In this document: positions 1 to 10,288 of the stretch, piece after piece
How the letters are laid out: every line of letters starts with the position of its first letter
Numbering within the stretch: position 1 is the first letter of the stretch
Source: Candidatus Eiseniibacteriota bacterium
Lineage (GTDB): Bacteria > Eisenbacteria > RBG-16-71-46 > JABDJR01
DNA length: 64,000 bases
Assembly (NCBI GenBank): GCA_963762255.1
Contig: CAVXKA010000002.1
Coordinates: 1,312,001-1,376,000 of the forward strand
Direction: 5' to 3'
Notes under the pieces: generated by a model
Database searches by the model: none
The model's input: the letters and a program-made list of their open reading frames with translations, nothing else
Told to the model about the DNA's origin: nothing
Made by a program: the position numbers and the translations under genes

Positions 1-331
1 CTGGTCGGTAGAACGCGAGGGGCGACGCCAGCATCTCAAGGGCACGCTCGCCGCGCGGCTGATCGCCGAGCATCCCGATTTCGCGGAGTTCGTCGCGATG
101 CCGCGACTCGACGCTTGGCGCGCGTTCCGCTATCGCGTGAGCCGCACCTTACGCCCGGCGATCGAGGCCGCGGGATGGCGGCACGCCACCGAGTGGTGCT
201 GGGCTCACGAACTGCACTATCAGTTCGCGCGGGGCCTGGCCGAGGAATCGGCCCGACTGCGGGGCGCGCCCGTCTCGCGCGAGGCGGCCGTGCCCGAGGC
301 CGCGGTATCGCCGGAGCGGGGCGCGCGATGA
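1..331 (+). CDS. 3' part of a gene truncated by the window edge, probably a glycosyltransferase
   Basis: Frame is open from position 2 to TGA at 329-331 and overlaps the next ATG (ATGA). Function is inferred from cluster context only. Confidence 0.45.
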   Translation, partial: WSVEREGRRQHLKGTLAARLIAEHPDFAEFVAMPRLDAWRAFRYRVSRTLRPAIEAAGWRHATEWCWAHELHYQFARGLAEESARLRGAPVSREAAVPEAAVSPERGAR

Positions 332-1464
332 AGATCGCGGTCTACTACGATCTCGTGCGCGGCGGCGCGGCGTTCGCGCTGGTTCGCTTCGTGGCTCATC
401 TGCGTGCCGGGCACACCGTGGACGTGTTCGCGCCGCGCGGCGCGTGGCCGATCGTCGACGATGTGCGCTGGGTGGGCGAGGCGCCTCGCCAACTCCCTCG
501 CCCGCTCTACTATGCCAATCGATTCATGGTGCCGCGACGCGCCGCGGAGCTGGCCCGCGTGGAAGAGAAGCTGGCGGGATCGCTTGGCGCGTACGACCGC
601 GTGCTGGTGCATGCCTGTCGAGAGCGCGGCGCTCCGGCGCTCTTGTCAGCGCTGGGCGGGCGCGCGCACTACTACGTCACCGAACCGCTCCGTCTCTATC
701 GCGAGCCACGCCCCCAGGACGCGATCCCCGAACCGTGGTGGAGTGCGTCGCGTGTGGTCTACGCGCCCATCTCGCGCCGACTGAACGCGAACGACGCGCG
801 TCACGCAGCGGACGCGGGAACGCTCATCGCAAATTCAAGCTACACGCGCGAGCGCGTCGCCGAGGTGTACACCCGCGATTCCAAGGTCGCGCCGCCCTCA
901 CTCGATCCCTTCTATCTGGAGTTGCCGCCCGGCGCGGGCGACGGAGATTTCGTGCTGAGTCCCGGCGCGCTCATTCCGCAGAAGGGACATGGGCGCGTGA
1001 TCCGCGCGCTCGGCACGTGGCCGAGCCCGCCGCCGCTCGTGGTTGCGGGCTTTCACGGCCGGTCGGGGTATGCGGCGCGGTTGCGGAGGCTGGCCGCGTT
1101 GCATCACGTGCCGTTGCGCATCGTGCGCGATCTCGATCCCGAGACGCTGCGCCGGCTTCTGGGTCAGGCGCGCGTCACCACGATCGCTGCCGTGCGCGAG
1201 CCGTTCGGGCTGGTGTCGCTCGAGGCGCAGGCAGCCGGGCGGCCGGTAGTGGTCGTTGACGAGGGCGGTCTTCCGGAAACTGTTGCGCCGGATGAGACGG
1301 GCCTGGTCTCGTCGCCGCGCGCGGAGGAGTTCGGCGAGGCGCTGCACTCGCTCTGGGCGGATGCGTCTCGGCAGGAGCAGATGGGAGCGCGCGGGCGAGA
1401 GCGAGTCGCCGAGCTGTATTCGATCGAGCGCTGCGGCGCGCGGTTGGAAGCGGCGCTGGGATGA
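328..1464 (+). CDS. Glycosyltransferase family 4 (GT-B)
   Basis: Starts MKIAVYYD; motifs IANSSYT, KGH and EPFGLVSLEAQAAGRPVV (GT4 E-x7-E). Confidence 0.9.
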   Translation: MKIAVYYDLVRGGAAFALVRFVAHLRAGHTVDVFAPRGAWPIVDDVRWVGEAPRQLPRPLYYANRFMVPRRAAELARVEEKLAGSLGAYDRVLVHACRERGAPALLSALGGRAHYYVTEPLRLYREPRPQDAIPEPWWSASRVVYAPISRRLNANDARHAADAGTLIANSSYTRERVAEVYTRDSKVAPPSLDPFYLELPPGAGDGDFVLSPGALIPQKGHGRVIRALGTWPSPPPLVVAGFHGRSGYAARLRRLAALHHVPLRIVRDLDPETLRRLLGQARVTTIAAVREPFGLVSLEAQAAGRPVVVVDEGGLPETVAPDETGLVSSPRAEEFGEALHSLWADASRQEQMGARGRERVAELYSIERCGARLEAALG

Positions 1465-2351
1465 GCGCGGTCGAAGCCACGGGCGGTGACCGGGCCGCGA
1501 GCCTCCCCGACACCTGCGCAATCGTCGTGCATCACGCGGGGGGCGAGCGCACGCGGCGCTGTCTCACGTCGCTCGCCGCGCAGGATCTGGATGGGTTGCG
1601 GGTGATTCTCGTGGATCACTCCGAGGCTTCCGAAGGAGCGCGACTCATTGACGGCCTTCCGCGCACGCGTTGCGTGCGGCCGCCATCGAATAGCGGCTTC
1701 GCGGCCGGAGTGAATGCGGGCGTGGCGGCCGACAACGCGCCTTGCGTGCTGCTGCTCAACCCCGACGCGTACGCGCAGCCCGCGTGGGCCCGGCGCATGG
1801 TCGCCGCACTCTGGGCCTCACCCCAAGCGGGCATGGCAGCGTGCCGTGTCCTGGGACGCGACGGGCGACTAGATTCGGCGGGGCTTGCGGTGAGTCGCGG
1901 CGGCATGGGGATTCTCCGCGGGCATCGCCACGACGCGCGTGTCTCCGTGGCGCGACTCGACGCGATGCCGCTCCTCGGTCCGACCGGCGCCGCAGCCGCG
2001 TATCGACGCGAAGCGCTCTCCGCGATCGGCGGCTTTCCGGAAGACTACTTTCTCTACTACGAAGATCTCGAAGTTGCATGGCGATTGCGCGCACGCGGCT
2101 ATGAGTGCGCGTGGCTCGACGAGGCGCTGGTCGTGCACGATCACGTCTCCGGCGCGGGCGCCGCGAAGCGTGCGCACCTGTGGCGGTCGCGCCGGCTCTT
2201 CCGAGCGCGCAACTTCTCGCCGGCGGAGGCGCGGCGCACGCGTGGCGCGGCGACACTGGAGGATCTGGCCGCGCTCACCCGGGTGATCACCCGGGTGATC
2301 ATCGACCCCACCCGCCGCCGACTTGCCGCGCGGCGCAGCCGCGGAAGTTGA
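1461..2351 (+). CDS. Glycosyltransferase family 2 (WbbL-like)
   Basis: Motifs NSGFAAGVNAG, LLLNPDA, GGFPEDYFLYYEDLE; ATGA coupling to the previous gene. Confidence 0.88.
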   Translation: MSAVEATGGDRAASLPDTCAIVVHHAGGERTRRCLTSLAAQDLDGLRVILVDHSEASEGARLIDGLPRTRCVRPPSNSGFAAGVNAGVAADNAPCVLLLNPDAYAQPAWARRMVAALWASPQAGMAACRVLGRDGRLDSAGLAVSRGGMGILRGHRHDARVSVARLDAMPLLGPTGAAAAYRREALSAIGGFPEDYFLYYEDLEVAWRLRARGYECAWLDEALVVHDHVSGAGAAKRAHLWRSRRLFRARNFSPAEARRTRGAATLEDLAALTRVITRVIIDPTRRRLAARRSRGS

Positions 2352-2352
2352 C

Positions 2353-3394
2353 ATGCGCGTCGCGTTGATCGCCCCTGCGGTCGGGCCACGCACCGGATCG
2401 CGCACCTACGCGGATCGTATGATCGCGCTCGTGGGTGAACTCCACGACGTCTTCATGGTGGCCGATCCGCGCGCTGCGCTCCCGCGAGTGGACATCGTGC
2501 ACGCGCTCGACGTGAAGCACGTTCTGGGGTGGACGCCCCCGCTCGAACGTCGCGTTCGTGGCCGACCTGCACGACGACTACTGGACCGGCGACGCCCGCT
2601 ATCCGGCCTTCGACGCGCCAGCCCGTGCGTGGCGGCGCGCGCGGAATCGACCGCGCTACCTCGCGCTTCTGACCCGCGCGGACGCAGTGGTGGTACACGC
2701 GTCGGCAGTGGCAAGCGCGGTGCCTCACGGGAGAACGGCGGTCGTGCCGATCCCGGCGGAGAGACCGGCATCGACTGAAGCGGCCGCGGCGGCGCGCGAC
2801 GACGCGGGGGCCCCGCGCGACAACGCCACCCCGCTCCGCGTCCTTTTCGCCGGTCGCGACGCGCTACGCAAGGGTCTTCCCGTGCTCGGCGACGCGTTAC
2901 GACTGTTACGCACGCAAGACATCCCCGCAGAGCTTCGCGTCGCGGGCGGCGACTGGTTGCATCTACGCGCGGCTTCACGTTGGTGGTGCCGGGGCCTGGA
3001 CGTGCGCTTTGACGGCGATCTTCGCGGCGATGAGATGCCCGCCGCATACGCCTGGGCCGACGTGGTCGCGCTCCCTTCCTACACCGAAGCCTTCGGTCTG
3101 GTCGCGCAGGAGGCGCTTCTGGCCTGGCGGCCGGTCGTCGCATCCCGCACGGGAGGCTTGACCGAACTTCTCGACGATCTCCCCGGCGCGTTGCTCGCGC
3201 CGGTCGGTGACGCCGCCGCGCTCGCCAATGCCCTGAGCACGATCGCCGCCGACCGCGCCGCGTGGCGCGCCCGCGCACAGACCTCGGCCGAACGTCTGCT
3301 TGCCGAACGCACGCCCGAAGCCGCGCTCGACGCGCTCGACCGCGCCTATGCGATTGCCCTCGCCCACGCCGTCCGCAAGCGAGGCGCGCGATGA
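2353..3394 (+). CDS. Glycosyltransferase family 4 with +1 frameshift near 2535-2557
   Basis: N-terminus MRVALIAP in one frame; LFAGRDALRKG and PSYTEAFGLVAQEA in the next frame. Confidence 0.8.
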
Positions 3395-4581
3395 AGGTCG
3401 GCCTCCTCAAGACCTCGCCCCCCGGCGGACGCGGGCTCTCCGGTGTGTCGCGCTACCTCCAGGATCTCGCGCCGCGCCTGCGCGCGCTCGACGTGGAGAC
3501 CGCGTTCTTCTGGACGCTGGGCGAGGGCGCGGGCACGCCCGCGGTTCCATATCAAAGGCACCTGCACGGATGGGGCGCCTACCGCGCCATCACGTTTCCG
3601 AATCCGCGACTCACCGCCTCGATCGCCGACTGGATCCGCGTCGAGCGTCCCGATCTTCTGCACGTGCACTGGGACTTTCGCCAGGCGATCGCGGCGCTGC
3701 GCGATCTGCCCGCGGGCTCGCCACCGGTACTGGTGAGCTTCCACACGTTCGAGCCCGTGTGTCCCCTCAAGACCCACATCACGGTGCGCGGCGTTCCGTG
3801 CGATGCCGTGCAGGGCGCGGTGTGCATGCAGCGCGGCTGCCGGTCACTGCGCAAGCGCCTCATGCACGACATCCCCGCGCAGGCGCTGACCCGTCGCGTC
3901 TCGCATCGCGCGTCGGGATACGTCGCGCACAATCGCGAGCTTGCGGAACTTGCCGAGCGCTCGGGTCTCGAGCCCATGCACATGATCCCGCTCGGCGTGG
4001 ACATCGACGTGTTTCCCGCCGGGGCGTATCCGCGACCGCCGGTGCTCCTCTACGCGGGTCGAATCCGTCCGGAGAAGGGCATGGCGGTCCTCGCCGAGGC
4101 CCTGCCGCTCATCCTCGACGCCGCGCCCGATGCTCGCGTTCACATCGCTGGCGACGGGCCGATGAAAGACGCGCTGCGACGCGCGGTGCCCACCGCTCAC
4201 ACGGATCGCGTGCAGTTCCTGGGCACGATCCCCGTGCCCGAACTCGCCCGCGAATACGCGACCGCGCGCGCGGTGCTGGTGCCGTCGATCTGGAAGGAGA
4301 ACTTCGCGCTGGTCGGCCCCGAGGCGATGGCGGCGGCTACGCCGGTCGTGGCGTCGGATCTGGGCGGCATCCGCGAGTGGTTGCGGCACGAAGAGAACGG
4401 GCTCGCCGTTCCCGCTGGGGATGCGCGGGCGCTGGCCGAGGCGTCGTTGAGGCTCCTTAACGATCCTGCGCTCGCCGCGCGCCTGGGCGGGGAGGCGCGC
4501 CGCACCGCGGAGTCGATGAGCATGGCGCGCCATGCAGAAGCGCTCGCCGCGCTCTACCGGTCGTGTATCCGTCGCGGGTGA
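3391..4581 (+). CDS. Glycosyltransferase family 4
   Basis: Motifs LYAGRIRPEKG and PSIWKENFALVGPEAMAA; internal Cys cluster (CP...C...C...C) seen in some GT4 enzymes. Confidence 0.9.
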   Translation: MKVGLLKTSPPGGRGLSGVSRYLQDLAPRLRALDVETAFFWTLGEGAGTPAVPYQRHLHGWGAYRAITFPNPRLTASIADWIRVERPDLLHVHWDFRQAIAALRDLPAGSPPVLVSFHTFEPVCPLKTHITVRGVPCDAVQGAVCMQRGCRSLRKRLMHDIPAQALTRRVSHRASGYVAHNRELAELAERSGLEPMHMIPLGVDIDVFPAGAYPRPPVLLYAGRIRPEKGMAVLAEALPLILDAAPDARVHIAGDGPMKDALRRAVPTAHTDRVQFLGTIPVPELAREYATARAVLVPSIWKENFALVGPEAMAAATPVVASDLGGIREWLRHEENGLAVPAGDARALAEASLRLLNDPALAARLGGEARRTAESMSMARHAEALAALYRSCIRRG

Positions 4582-4655
4582 CAGCGGCGGCACCTCTCTC
4601 CCAGGCGCGCGCGGCCCGTCTGTCTCCCCCGCGCGTGATCGGCTAGACTCCCGCC

Positions 4656-6651
4656 ATGGCGAAACCGACCGAGACCCCCGCGCCTCGCACACCCCTCTGG
4701 GTATGGTTCCTCCCTCCCCTCTTCGGGCTACTTCTCTACCTCGTCACCTTGCGCAACGGCTTCGTGCTCGACGACTCGATCCTCATCCTCAAGGACCCGC
4801 GCATGGGCTCGCATTGGCGCGTTCTTCCAGCTCCACAAGAGCGAGCTGGTGGTGCGCTATTGGTCGCTCCTCATCGACAGCGTGATATGGAAGACCAACC
4901 CGCTCGGGTTCCATCTCACCAACGCGCTCCTGCACGCGGCCACGGGTCTCGCGCTCTTCGCGTACCTGCGCGTGCTCCTCGCTGCGGTCACCGCGCAGGA
5001 GTCGGCCAAGTCGCGCACGCGCACCGGCGTGGGCCCCGCCGGGATGACATGGCGCGACTGGAGCGCGCTCGCGGCGAGCCTTCTCTTCGTGGCCCATCCC
5101 ATGCAGACGGAAGCGGTGGCGGGGGTCACGCACCGCAAGGAAGTGCTGGCCACGCTCTTCCTGCTGCTCGCGCTGTGGCGGTCGCTGCCGTCGGCCGTGC
5201 CACAGAAAGGCATCGCCCGCCTCTTGCGCGCGATCGAGGTTGGCATCTACGTCGCGCTCGCGGTGTTCGCCAAGGCGCCGGCGGTGGTCTTCTTCCCTCT
5301 CGTCTTCTTGCAGGATCTCTGGGCACGCCGCCAGTCGCTGAGTATCTGGATCCGTCGCGATCTCGTCTTCTATCTTCCCGCAGTGCTCGCACTGGTCGCG
5401 TATCTCGCGTACCGATGGGGCGGCATCCAGGGTGCGGTCGACGCGGACCCGGTTTACTTCGAAGCCTACAACCCGCAGGCAGCGAAGCTCTCGACCGGCG
5501 ACCGACTCCTCACCTCGCTCACGGTGCTCGGGCTCTACTGGCGGTTGCTGTTCATTCCGTGGCGGCCGACGCTCGAGCGTTTCGTGGAGCCCGCCGAGGG
5601 CGCAGCGCCCCTGGTGATGCTGGTCCTGGCGGTGGTCGCGCTCGTGTTCGCGTTCCGGATCGGTCGCCGCCGGCCGTTGGTTTCGCTTGGCATTGCGTGG
5701 CTCGTGCTCGCGCCGATCCCCACGCTCAATCTGCTTCCGCTCAACTTTCTCTTCGCCGAGCGTTATCTCTACCTTCCCGCGGTCGGAGTGGCGCTGCTTG
5801 CAGCGGCGCTTGTGGCGTGGCTCCCCGAGCGCGTCCGTTCCGCCCGCGCGGTGAGCGCGATCGGCCTTGGCACGCTGCTCCTCTTCTTCGCGCCATTGAC
5901 CGTCGTGCGCAACTTGGAGTGGTACGACGTCGACACGCTGCTCCGCGCGACGGTGCGCGACAACGAGAGTTCGCCTCGGGTGGTGTTTCTCCACGCGCGC
6001 GACCTGCGCGATCAGGGGAAAATCGCGGAGAGCCTCGCCGAGGCCCAGCGCGCGTTGCGGCTCCAGCCCAATTCGCCCGACGCGTGGTATCTGGCCGGGC
6101 GCAACTACGCCGATCTCGGGAAGAAGGCCGAGGCGCTCGATGCATACCAGCGCGCGGTCAAGCTCGCGCGCTCGCCCAGGGCGTCGTGGCTCAACGACTA
6201 TGCGGTGGCGCTAATCCAGAACGGGCGCGCCGCCGAGGCGGGGCCGGTGCTGGAGACGGCCATGCAGCGCGACGACGACAACGAGCGCGTTCGCGACAAC
6301 TACGCGCAGTGGCTGTTGCTCCGGCCCGAGACGCGCGCGCGCGGGATGGAGTTCCTCTTGGAGGAGACGCGCCAGCGGCCCGCCGACTTCACGCCGTGGG
6401 TGCTCTTGGTGGAGGCGCGACTGGCTTCGGGAGATTTCGAGGCGGCGCGGCAGGCAGCCACCGAAGGCGCTGCAGCTCTCTCCAATGGAGCGGAGCGGTT
6501 GTTCCTTGGGGCGCGGATCGCGGAGGCGGCGGGGCGCATCGATGAGGCGACCCGAGTCTACAGAGAGCTATCGGCCTCGTCGGAAACGGAAGCATCACTG
6601 CGAGACCGAGTTCGGGCGGCACTGCGACGGGTCGAGAATCGCTGGAATTGA
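4656..6651 (+). CDS. TMTC-like GT-C membrane glycosyltransferase with C-terminal TPRs, +1 frameshift near 4820-4850
   Basis: First-loop motif NGFVLDD; FHLTNALLH; HPMQTEAV; FAERYLYLP; many TM segments followed by TPR-like helices. Confidence 0.8.
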
Positions 6652-6753
6652 TGGGATAGCTGCATATCCAAGCTATGGTGAACATTGCCGCCAGGCACAT
6701 GAACCCGGGGCAGTCGTCACCTTCTTATTCTATCCGATGTCGGTCGTCATTTC

Positions 6754-7188
6754 TTGTCTTGCCGCGTTTCCAGCGTCGGGCTGCGTGATCGTTCCGCCCT
6801 CCGCGTGAGATTGCCAGGCAGTTCCGAGGTATCCGAGAGAGAAGGGACGCACCTATACTGCGCGGGATGGTCGTTCGCGTGGGCTGCTTCTGCAGTCCAA
6901 TCCACGTTCAGGACCGACAGCAGAAATGAGGAGGTGCAGGTGAGTGGCGAATCTCTGGCCCTCGAACTGCTTGTGCCTGCGCTAAGGGGCATGCTCGAGG
7001 ATTGGGACGACAACCAGATAGAGTACTACTTCAGGTTAGCCTATAGTGACTCTGACATGACCCTGCTTGTGGACACCAATGACCGTAAAGCGATGGGCGC
7101 GATTGTTGCGGCTGTCGCTACCCGCATGAAGGCCATTAGCAGGAAGCATCCTTATCGGCTCACAAGCGAGGACGGCGACAATGGTTAA
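6754..7188 (+). CDS. Hypothetical protein, possibly 5'-truncated
   Basis: 144-aa ORF with atypical codon usage; overlaps the next ORF by 8 nt; start is a weak TTG. Confidence 0.4.
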   Translation: MSCRVSSVGLRDRSALRVRLPGSSEVSEREGTHLYCAGWSFAWAASAVQSTFRTDSRNEEVQVSGESLALELLVPALRGMLEDWDDNQIEYYFRLAYSDSDMTLLVDTNDRKAMGAIVAAVATRMKAISRKHPYRLTSEDGDNG

Positions 7189-7534
7189 GCCGCGCTGGCG
7201 ATACGCCGACTTGACCTTCTCGGTCGCTTCGCGCATTCGCTTCGCGGACGGGCACTTCGAAGACGGGCCCAACACCTCCCTGCAGAGTCGCGTTGACACC
7301 GTGGAGGCCAAGAATCAGCTCGTTGCCATGCTGGAGAAGACTGTCGCGAGCTTGCTCCGTCGCGATCTGCTCAGTGAGTTGCTGGCTCCGTTTCGGGAGG
7401 TCTTTGTCGTTGGCGACGGCAGCCGTCAGCAAATCAACATTACTTACCGCATCAGCTATGACCTAGTCGTCACCATGGAAGATTGGAGTACGCTGTCCTC
7501 GTCGGACTCCCAAGAGTACACGCGCCCAATCTAG
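7181..7534 (+). CDS. Hypothetical protein (cassette-like)
   Basis: ATG start with upstream GAGGA; ends about 18 nt before an attC-like site. Confidence 0.5.
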   Translation: MVKPRWRYADLTFSVASRIRFADGHFEDGPNTSLQSRVDTVEAKNQLVAMLEKTVASLLRRDLLSELLAPFREVFVVGDGSRQQINITYRISYDLVVTMEDWSTLSSSDSQEYTRPI

Positions 7535-7551
7535 CTGGAGTCTGGCGTGGT

Positions 7552-7650
7552 CTCTAACGCCTGGTTGAACGCTCTGCCCTGCGCAGGGCAGAGCATGTCG
7601 CGAACCGATTCCTATTCTGCGCCAGCGGCGCTACAGACCGCACGTTAGGC
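7552..7650 (+). mobile_element. Integron attC-like recombination site
   Basis: CTCTAAC (R'') at 7552 and GTTAGGC (R') at 7644; imperfectly complementary arms; internal perfect palindrome GCTCTGCCCTGCGCAGGGCAGAGC (7571-7594); immediately followed by RBS GAGGAGG and an ORF. Confidence 0.7.
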
Positions 7651-7665
7651 TGAGGAGGATGAAAC

Positions 7666-8178
7666 GTGATGAGCTTCACATATGAAGTCCTCCGCGAACT
7701 GACCAAGGAATTGTCAGGCAAGCGCGGAAGCCCAGCGGTCCGGGCCCAGCTCACGACTCTGCTCGTGAGCATCGCCGCCGTTACTGTGGGAATGAGCACA
7801 ATGTTCTTCGAGCGCTCGACGTTGCAGAACAAGACCTACCAAGATCAGATCCAGTCCCTGAACGAGACTGAGCGGGACCTTCGACAACTTGTGGACTTCG
7901 TGGAGGGGCAGAAAGAGAAGCTCGCCGAATCGGAAGCCGTTGTCGTATCCCTGAAGGAAGAGGAGTCGAAGCTTCGTCCGATGGTAGAGGCGAACCGTGA
8001 ACTCGTCGACACGATTTTGGAGGCGCAGCAGGCCCGAAGCCGGGCGCACATATGGAAGGACCGAACGATCTCTTTCCTGTTCGGTGTCATCGCTTCCATC
8101 GTTGGAGCACTGATTCTGACAGCCATCAGCAAGACACGGCATGCGCGAAGAGCGAGGGCCAGCCGCACAACTGCATGA
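7666..8178 (+). CDS. Two-TM protein with central coiled coil (cassette gene)
   Basis: Hydrophobic segments LLVSIAAVTVGMSTMFF and ISFLFGVIASIVGALILTAI flank a heptad-rich region; strong RBS. Confidence 0.75.
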   Translation: MMSFTYEVLRELTKELSGKRGSPAVRAQLTTLLVSIAAVTVGMSTMFFERSTLQNKTYQDQIQSLNETERDLRQLVDFVEGQKEKLAESEAVVVSLKEEESKLRPMVEANRELVDTILEAQQARSRAHIWKDRTISFLFGVIASIVGALILTAISKTRHARRARASRTTA

Positions 8179-8434
8179 ACCCGCTAAGTACCAGGCCACG
8201 ATCCACTTGCCCTCCCCTTGCGCGCCAGGTGAAATGTTGGCCGGTTTCAGGGGAAGGCCTTACCCAACGCGTAGCATGTCTGAGCATTCCTCGCGCGCAC
8301 TGGCGTCCAAGTGAACGGCAAGCCTGCGAGATGGTGCGGCGGTGGAGTCGCGCCGACCATCAGATCAAGTCGGAGTCATTCTGGAGATGAGGCGGCCAGC
8401 CCTTCCTGCGGGGCCCATGGATGAGCAATATTGA

Positions 8435-8508
8435 TCCTAGCAAGGGTTTGCATGAGGCGGCGACTGGTGCAATCATGAGCTGTCGCGGCCGAAGAGTGGC
8501 CGCTAGGT
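8435..8508 (+). mobile_element. Degenerate attC-like site with AGC/GCT core
   Basis: TCCTAGC-AAGGGTTTGCA...ATCATGAGCTGTCGCGGCCGAAG...GCTAGGT; 74 bp; complementary ends CCTAGC/GCTAGG; lies just upstream of the DUF262 RBS. Confidence 0.5.
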
Positions 8509-8545
8509 TAGCTCTGGGAATCGAACGGTTCTTGTGGAGGGGTCT

Positions 8546-9650
8546 ATGAGCCTGCAGCAGGAAATCGACAACGCCCGGGAGGACATTCGGACCGACGGCT
8601 ACGCGGTCTCAATCGGTGAGTGGATCAGTCTCTACGAGAAGGAGGAGATCGACATCCACCCCGAATTCCAGCGCTTCTTCCGATGGACCCCGGAACAGAA
8701 GACTCGGCTAATCGAGTCGATACTGTTGGGAATTCCGGTACCGCAGATCTTTGTTGCGCAACGTGAAGATGGCGTGTGGGACGTCGTCGATGGCCTTCAA
8801 CGACTATCCACAATCTATCAGTTGGTGGGGATCCTTAAAGACGAAGAAGGTCGTAGCGTTGCCCCTCTCGTCCTCACCAAGAACCGAGTACTTGCCATCC
8901 CTGGCGGGGAGGCAGTGGGATTCTCCGGGGTCACCGGAAGAGTCGTTGACGTCTGCACAACGGTTGCTGATCAAGCGGGCGAAACTGGAAGTCTCGATCA
9001 TTCTCCGGGAGAGCGAAGAGCGTACTAGGTACGAGCTATTCCAGCGTTTGAACACAGGTGGGTCGCAGCTCTCCGATCAAGAGGTGCGAAATGCCATCTT
9101 GGTTATGCTGAACCGCGATCTCTATCAGTGGATCACTGACCTTGCGCAGTCGACCGACTTCGTGGAGACAATTGCGCTTTCCGACCGATCCGTCGATGTG
9201 CGTTACGACATGGAGTTGGTTCTGCGGTTTCTCTCACTGCGTCGCGCCGCCGAGGACGACCTAAAGAGCGTCGGGGACCTCGGCGACTACCTGACGCAGC
9301 GGATGCGCGATATGGCGACAGATCAAGCGTTTCGTCGTGGTGAAGAAGAGCAGGCATTCCGGGACACCTTTGCGTTGCTGAATCGATGTGCTGGCAGCGG
9401 TTCGTTTCGGCGCTGGGACGCCGGGCGCCAGAAGTCGGTTGGCGGGTTCTCGGTGTCAGCATTTGAGGCCGTTGCCCTTGGAATCGGCTTTAGCCCGCGC
9501 GATGCCATCCAAGATTGCGCTAGCCTGCGAGAACTGATTCACGGTCTCTGGGCTGAGGCGGAATTCACGGAGAATGCGGGGTCCGGAATTCGGGCATCAA
9601 GCCGAATTCCAAAGGTTGTGCCCTACGGTAGGACGCGGTTTCAGGTTTGA
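8546..9650 (+). CDS. DUF262 (ParB/Srx-like, GmrS-type) protein, +1 frameshift near 8880
   Basis: Motifs PEFQR, LIESILLGIP, VVDGLQRL and FQRLNTGG match the DUF262 QR/DGQQR/FxxxN set; removing one A at about 8882 restores LTKTEYL. Confidence 0.85.
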
Positions 9651-10288
9651 GTATTCAAACGGAAGAGGTTCTCTCCGATCGCCTGGCCGATGACTTGATC
9701 TGGCGAAAGAAGGAGCTCACGGTGCTCAAGAAGCTCGTCAGCTCGGCTTCTCTGGATCGCGAGGCCGTCCTAGTTCGGTCACTGGTGGCACTTCTGTACG
9801 CTCATTGGGAGGGTTTCGTAAGGAACGCCGGACTGTGCTACCTCCAATACCTGTCACCGCGGCGCCTGCGGTACTCTGAGTTGGCTTCTAACTTCGTGGC
9901 CCTTTCCCTCCTGCCGCGCATTCGGGACGCGGCCTCACGTCACAATCTCTCTGAACTAATCCAAGTGGTTGAGTTGCTCCGTGATCAGCCCGAAGAGAGG
10001 TGCAGAATGCCCAAGGACGCCGTCGACACGGAGTCCAATCTGTCTTCCAGAGTCCTGCATGATCTCATGACCGCTATGGGACTTGACTACGCGCCCTTCG
10101 AGACCAAGGCAGTGCTCATCGATGAGCGTCTTCTTGGCAACCGCAATCGAATAGCTCACGGAGAATATGTCGCCCTCGACGCTCGCGATAGTATCGAGCT
10201 GGCCGATCAGGTTCTGGCCCTGATGGAGGGTTTCAGGGATCAGCTCGAGAATGCAGTAGCGTTGTCCAGGTACCGAAAATCAGCCTAA
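9647..10288 (+). CDS. MAE_28990/MAE_18760-like HEPN nuclease
   Basis: Motifs DLIWRKKEL, LYAHWEGFV and RxxxxH in RNRIAHG; translationally coupled to DUF262. Confidence 0.85.
   Translation: MSIQTEEVLSDRLADDLIWRKKELTVLKKLVSSASLDREAVLVRSLVALLYAHWEGFVRNAGLCYLQYLSPRRLRYSELASNFVALSLLPRIRDAASRHNLSELIQVVELLRDQPEERCRMPKDAVDTESNLSSRVLHDLMTAMGLDYAPFETKAVLIDERLLGNRNRIAHGEYVALDARDSIELADQVLALMEGFRDQLENAVALSRYRKSA

Noticed and set aside
8190-8260. Minus-strand peptide LKPANISPG resembling a Ser/Thr kinase catalytic loop
   Set aside because: Too short, lacks HRD and DFG motifs, and has no supporting ORF.
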